DNA of 64,000 nt from Salpingoeca rosetta (lineage: Eukaryota > Protista > Choanoflagellata), in NCBI GenBank assembly GCA_033442325.1, contig JAWQFM010000021.1, positions 889,072-953,071 on the forward strand, given 5' to 3'. Positions within the stretch are counted from its first letter, which is position 1. Every line of letters starts with the position of its first letter. The position numbers were made by a program, and so were the translations under genes. Shown here piece after piece: positions 55,237 through 64,000 of the stretch. Under the pieces are notes generated by a model, which saw only the letters and a list, made by a program, of their open reading frames with translations, ran no database searches and was not told the DNA's origin.

Positions 55237-56045
55237 TACGTGCGCTACGGCAGCCATCAATCCTCACCTCGACAGCAGGCCCCGGCAGCCACGTCGTCGA
55301 CATCACCGCGAGGCATGTCTACTCCATTTGGCAAGCGCCCGCCATCATCTTCGGCGTCATCATCAGTGCGGCGGTCACAGCGAGGGACACGCGCGCACAG
55401 TGGCGGCGTGCCGTCGACACCAACGGCAACAACATCATCAGCATCTACCCCCTGGCTCCGCAACTCGTTCTATGGCAGCAACCCGGGATCATCACGCCGC
55501 ACACCGGGGAGACAACAACACCACCCGTTTATGGACTCGCATATGGACCACTTCCCGGACCTGCAGTCGTGGCTGGCCGAACCGGCACCTCCAGGACACG
55601 ACAGCGAATTTGAAGCCTCCCAGTGTGAAAATGGCGGGAGCAATGCTGCTGGTGCTGACAAGCAAGACGGTGGCGATGATCAGTTCGCCCAAGACGAGCA
55701 ACAGCAACAGCAACAGCAGTTGGACAAAGAGAACGAAGAGGAGGATGAGGATGAAGCCCTGGACAACTTCAACTGGTCGATTGAGGATCGCGCCGTCTTT
55801 GTGAGTCATAATGCACTGTCTTTGACATGCTGTCGCTGCGCTCTATGCACAAGGGCGCGTTGACTGTTAAACACCAAGGTTGGCTGTGCCTCATTTCTGA
55901 CAGCCCAGACTGCGCTCAAACGTGGCAAACATATCTCACTGCGTCTCGGTTTGTCGTGGTTGTCAGTTTCCTGTGGAGATGGACGAGCACAACCCGGCCA
56001 AGGTAGATCCCAACTGGTTCAAAACAAAGTAAGCACCAACAATGA

Positions 56046-56089
<44 letters not shown>

Positions 56090-57663
56090 CTGTGTGCTAG
56101 ACGCGCCCGGTGTGCTTGTGGCTGCATATCGCACGCCAACGCGTCTCACATTCAATGCCATCTATCACAGGCTGACGCCATGCCGTCTTCGGAAGTGTGA
56201 GCAGAAGGAGCAAGAACTTGAACACCAGTTTGACAACGTGAGAATAGACCCTGTCCATGCGTGCGTGCGTGCGTGTGGGCGTTTGTGCCTGCGTGTGTGC
56301 GTGGGTGTATATCACCAACGAAGACAACCTCTTGCTCACCTCCCAATATGCGCGCCCGCTCACATCAACATGCACGAAATGTGCATTCCCAACTTACATT
56401 TCCATCACTCAATACAGTACTTTCACCCATCAAACAAGATTGTGCCATCACCATCACCCTGGCGCTCGCGCGCACCCCGCGGGCCGCGCTTTCCAAACGT
56501 GTTCAAGGCTGTTACTGCATCTGTTGCCCCGCACAAGAACAAAACGAGCAACGATGGCAACGACGACGATGACCACCGTCACGTGAACGCGTTGCGGCAG
56601 GAGCTGGAACGCGCGTGCATTGAAGAAGTGCCAGAGATTCAAACGCAGGCGCCACAGCAGCAGCAAGAGAAACCAGTCATGAGCACAGTGGCATGCCAGA
56701 CCAACTTCAGTTTCCCGCCAACGGCCGTGGTGACCTTCACAGTCGCTGACGGTGGTGCGTGCAACCGGTTGCGGCAGTCACAAGAGGAGGAGGAGGAGGA
56801 ACCAACAGAGGTGCGCGTGAATGTGAAGGTGGCCACACAGACAACAGCAACAGCAACAGCGGCAGGTGCCGATCTATTTAATGTCAGCGCCATTGAAGCC
56901 ATGGAAGACACCACCAGCGGCGAGCACCTTGTGGACGGCGACAGCAGCCAAGTTGCACCCTCCCCGCAAGGCAAGCAGCCACGGGACGAACAAGAACAGC
57001 AACAGGAGCAGCAGCAGGCACGTGCGCCACCTGCCATAGTGGTGTGTTCGCCAGATGCTTCGAGTAGCGATGACCCGGACAATGTGCAGCAAGACGACAA
57101 CGGCAAGGCCGACAATGCTGCTGCAGAGGGCGACGTGTGCTCGCAGCAGACTGAACACGGCAACAGCAAGACCACGGCGAACGTGGATGGAACGTACCTT
57201 GGTCCCGATGCAGGTGACGCTGAGCTTGGCGTGTGTCCCATTTCACCTCAACGCAAGCAGCACCAGGCACGGCCCTCTGAGGTACCAGGCACCACCACAA
57301 CAGCAACAACAACAACGACACCTCTGACAGCGACGCTGGTGCCTGAGCCAAGCACATCCCCTTTTCACATATTTGTTGAAGATTTAGAAAAGTCACAGCA
57401 GCATCAGCAGCAGCAGAGTGTTGTGTCGCAGTCGAGTCGCCCCGCGTCAAGTACGCCTCGCAAGCGCGCCCGTGTTCGCAGGAGCACGCGTGCGAACAGC
57501 CTCAATGGTACCGATGGCGACAACCCCAACGTGCTGCCTGTGTCGCGCATCTTGTCTATGCACGCCGACACCGTCATCAACACTGGCAGTGTGTCACGGC
57601 AGAGCTCGCCCATGCGAGGGCGGTCAAGAGGGTGCTCGTTCTCCCAGCAAATGCAGCAGCAGC

Positions 57664-57703
<40 letters not shown>

Positions 57704-59813
57704 GCACGGCCACGATATTCATAACCTGAGCAACGCTTCTCTCTCGTTTATCGTGTGGGAGAACGATGTGGAGGATGCATGCCAACCCGCGCCCTCGCCC
57801 TACATGCGCCCCGTCGCACCGCCACCACTGCTCTCGTTTGCGGAGGAGCACAACAAGCACGCGCTGGTAGCACTGTCATCGCCAGTTGTCATTGCGCGGG
57901 GCGACCCGACTGACACCGCGGACGATGACAGTGAATGGGAGGCAGTGCTCACGGAACGGACGCTTCACCCACGCACGCTCAAGGAAGCGTTGGAAGGCAC
58001 CGGTGGCATTGGTGGTGACGGACGTGTTGATGATGAGAAGACGAAAGTGGGCACATGCGCCCGTCCACAGCCCATCTACGCCACCGGCAACGGCGATGAC
58101 GATGATGATGACGGCGGTAGCGACGAGCACAGCAGCATGTCCGACAACGACGAAGGCGCTGTGGGCAACGATGGCCATGGCGATGGTGATGTACACCGGC
58201 AACAGCTTGCACACCCCATGCTGGCTGGTGTACATGCCCTCAACGCGAGTGACACCAGCGGCTGCTTCCTTCGCGTGCCAAATGCAGAGACAACAGCTGC
58301 CACAGCGACGATTGGCTGGGGTCCAGATGCAGACCCGCACGATGCCTGCAAGCACGATGGCGAGTGCGATGGCGACGGAAAGAAGTGTGCCTGCACGCGG
58401 TGCACGCTGACCACGCTCTCGTACAGCATCGAAACGCTTCGGCTCTCGTGCACGGCACTGACTGAGCGCGTACAGCTGCGGCGACACACGCCGCTGCCTT
58501 CCCAGTCGGACTGCGCCAGCGACGCCGAGTGCGCTGGCCCTGAGCGCAGTGAAGATGACGTGGGTAGCGATGATGACGAGCGTGATGTTGGTGGTGATGA
58601 GCACACTGCTCACGGTGGCGCAAACGATGAAGACCACGAGGAGCAAAGCGGCGGTGAGGAACAGCGTGGCGGCCTTGCGGATGTGGGGGAGTTGGAGACC
58701 TGCCGCGAAACCGATGATGAGGCCGACGGCGATGTGTCCTCTCTTGAACGCGACGAAGGCGACAAGATGAAAGAGAGCACGAGCAGTGGCGCTGAAGATG
58801 AAGATGACCATGGTGAAGCGCTTCGTGAAGAAGTAGACACCAGTGCTGATGCAGATCAGGAGGGAGGTGTGCAAGCCATGCGCTTCAGCCCCGTGATGGT
58901 GGCGGCATCCGCACGACCGCAAACACCACCACCACCACCGCCGCCGTCACGAACGCCGACGACAGCCGTGTGGCATGACGGCCATGACATGGGCGCGGAG
59001 AGCCGCGCTTTTCTGCGCATGGATCACACGGAGCGTGAGCATTTGCCGTGGCTGCGGCAACACCCCTCCGCAGGCGCTGCCATGTTCGATGACCGTGCGC
59101 CGGCGCAGGTCAGCACACCAAGCCGGCCGGCAACGGCAATGAGCATGCGTCGCAGCAGCCGCGGTGGCGCGACTCCACGCAGCGCTCTCTCCAGCGGCGC
59201 TGTCAGCCCCATCCTGGGCGCAGACGTGCCGCGGCAGCGTGTCTTCCACGTCAACAAGCGCAGCAACGCGGGTACCTCTTCTGCACCGCAGGACCAGCGC
59301 CACCACCGGCGCATACAGCCCTCGCCACCAGCAGCCATGCACACGCGCACAGCGCCCAACACGCCGTCTGACCTTATGCCGGGGCTGCACGCGCGCCTGG
59401 CCGCCATGCGGGTTGAGACGAGCAGGCTGGTGCGGAGTCACGCAGAGTCATCTTCCTCGGTGCTATCACCGTCGCCAAAGTTGATGCCGTCTTCTCGGCC
59501 GCGTGAACTGCCAAAGCCCCCGACGGACCACGCTCAGCAGACCAACCGCAGCAGCACGTTGTACAACCAGAGCTCTTTGCACACTGCGGACGATTCATAC
59601 GCGCGCCTGGGCATGCTTCCTCTTCAGCGCGACCAGCAGCAGCAGCGCCGTCAGCGCGCTCGCGGTGCTCCTTTTGCTTCTTCCCGTGTTACACCTGCTT
59701 CTTCAAGCTCCGCGATTGCACCGACAACGACGCTGGCCCGCGTTGACCTGGGACACCTGCACCTCGACGCACACCGCTTCTCCCGTCACAACAAGCGCAC
59801 AAAGCCGCGATGA
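54673..59813 (+). CDS. BORA: Aurora borealis (Bora)-like Aurora A/Plk1 activator; large disordered S/T-P-rich protein
   Basis: Exons 54673-55800, 55967-56028, 56171-56237 and 56418-59813 give NFNWSIEDRAVF|FPVEMDE...HQFDN|YFHPSNKIVPSPSPW and later STVACQTNFSFPP. These match the Bora motifs FxWSIxxxAxxxPVEID, FFxxxxIVPSPW and AxCQTxLSLP. Confidence 0.72.
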
Positions 59814-60065
59814 GGAGTTGGGGAGCGGAAGAGCTGGTGGTGCACTCTGCTTCCGCTCGCCAACATTTCAGCAGGCCGAGCTCTGTGCTACTGTTTGTGG
59901 TGTTGGTTCCGAAAAATAAAAATGCACCAATTGTTTATTTTGAGATACTTGATGGGTGTTTTGGTCATTTTTCAACAACCCAGACGAAAACACACGGCAA
60001 GGTGTGAAAGCGGAGATGGAAGCTGCGCAGTGTGTGTGTGTGTGTGTGTGTGTGTCTGTGTGTCT

Positions 60066-60110
<45 letters not shown>

Positions 60111-60374
60111 TGTGTCTGTGTGTCTGTGTCTGTGTCTGTGTGTCTGTGTCTGTGTCTATGTGTCTGTGTATCTGTGTGTCTGTGTGTGCTTCTCTTTTTG
60201 TGTCATTCAAACCTGTCTGTTCTCTTGACACAACTACGTTTGTTCGTGCACATGGCAACACCAGTAGCGGCGTTTGTTCGCCTCATTGCCCCTGTGCTCA
60301 CATGTTCCTGCTTGCTACTCCAACCTTGCAGCCCACCCTCCTCTTCCACCAACCGCCACCAACTACAACCAACC

Positions 60375-61168
<794 letters not shown>

Positions 61169-61623
61169 GTAGTGATGAGCTGAGTGTTGTGTGGAAAGTG
61201 CGCTTGTGTTTCGTTGTATTGTTGTTGGCGAGTTAGCGTGTGGCTGGTGTATCTGTGTACGTCGCATGTGATTAAGTGTGCATGTTATGTGTTTGTGTGG
61301 CGTATTTTTGTTTGTGTTTGTGCGCGTGTGCTTCTGCAGATGCTGTCACTGCCAGCCGGGTTAGCGTGCGCCATCCCGAATCGTTGTGCTTGTTGCTTCC
61401 AATGCCAGTAAACAACACAACCGTGACTGACACCTCTGCCAGGAAAGATTTATGTCTTATGTGGTCTCCACAGCCACACACACGTACGCTGGCGTACAAG
61501 CTGCGCCCAATGTACACCCCTCACCCTCGCAACAAGCACAGTCACAACACAACACCTACGCCTACACCAAAGCCACCACCAAAAACGTCCGCGCCACTAC
61601 CACCACCACCATCACCGCTGCTG

Positions 61624-64000
<2,377 letters not shown>

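Overview
Intron-rich eukaryotic genomic DNA, with GT-AG introns full of (CA)n/(TG)n microsatellites and four N gaps. Gene content and repeat style suggest a choanoflagellate such as Salpingoeca (inference only). Manual splicing gives 12 protein-coding genes, in order: an alsin/ALS2 homolog (RCC1-DH-PH-MORN-VPS9, 5' end outside the window); an essentially intronless ~1,950-aa GVIN1/VLIG-type very large GTPase broken by one frameshift; a membrane-anchored TSP1-repeat protein with an incomplete PKDCC/POMK-like kinase; TRAX; PPIL4; PIKfyve/Fab1; a pinocchio-like Zn protein; an OS-9/ERLEC1-type MRH lectin with a long novel extension ending in HDGL; a single-pass protein with a very Cys-rich tail; a Bora homolog; mitochondrial ATP synthase epsilon; and a NOA1/YqeH GTPase (5' end outside the window). 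The best candidate for new biology is the GVIN-like immune GTPase. Also notable are the TSP1-ectokinase, the MRH fusion, three very tight head-to-head gene pairs, complementary TG/CA tracts within introns, and foreign C1-domain exons inside PPIL4. All family calls come from motif recognition, not database searches.
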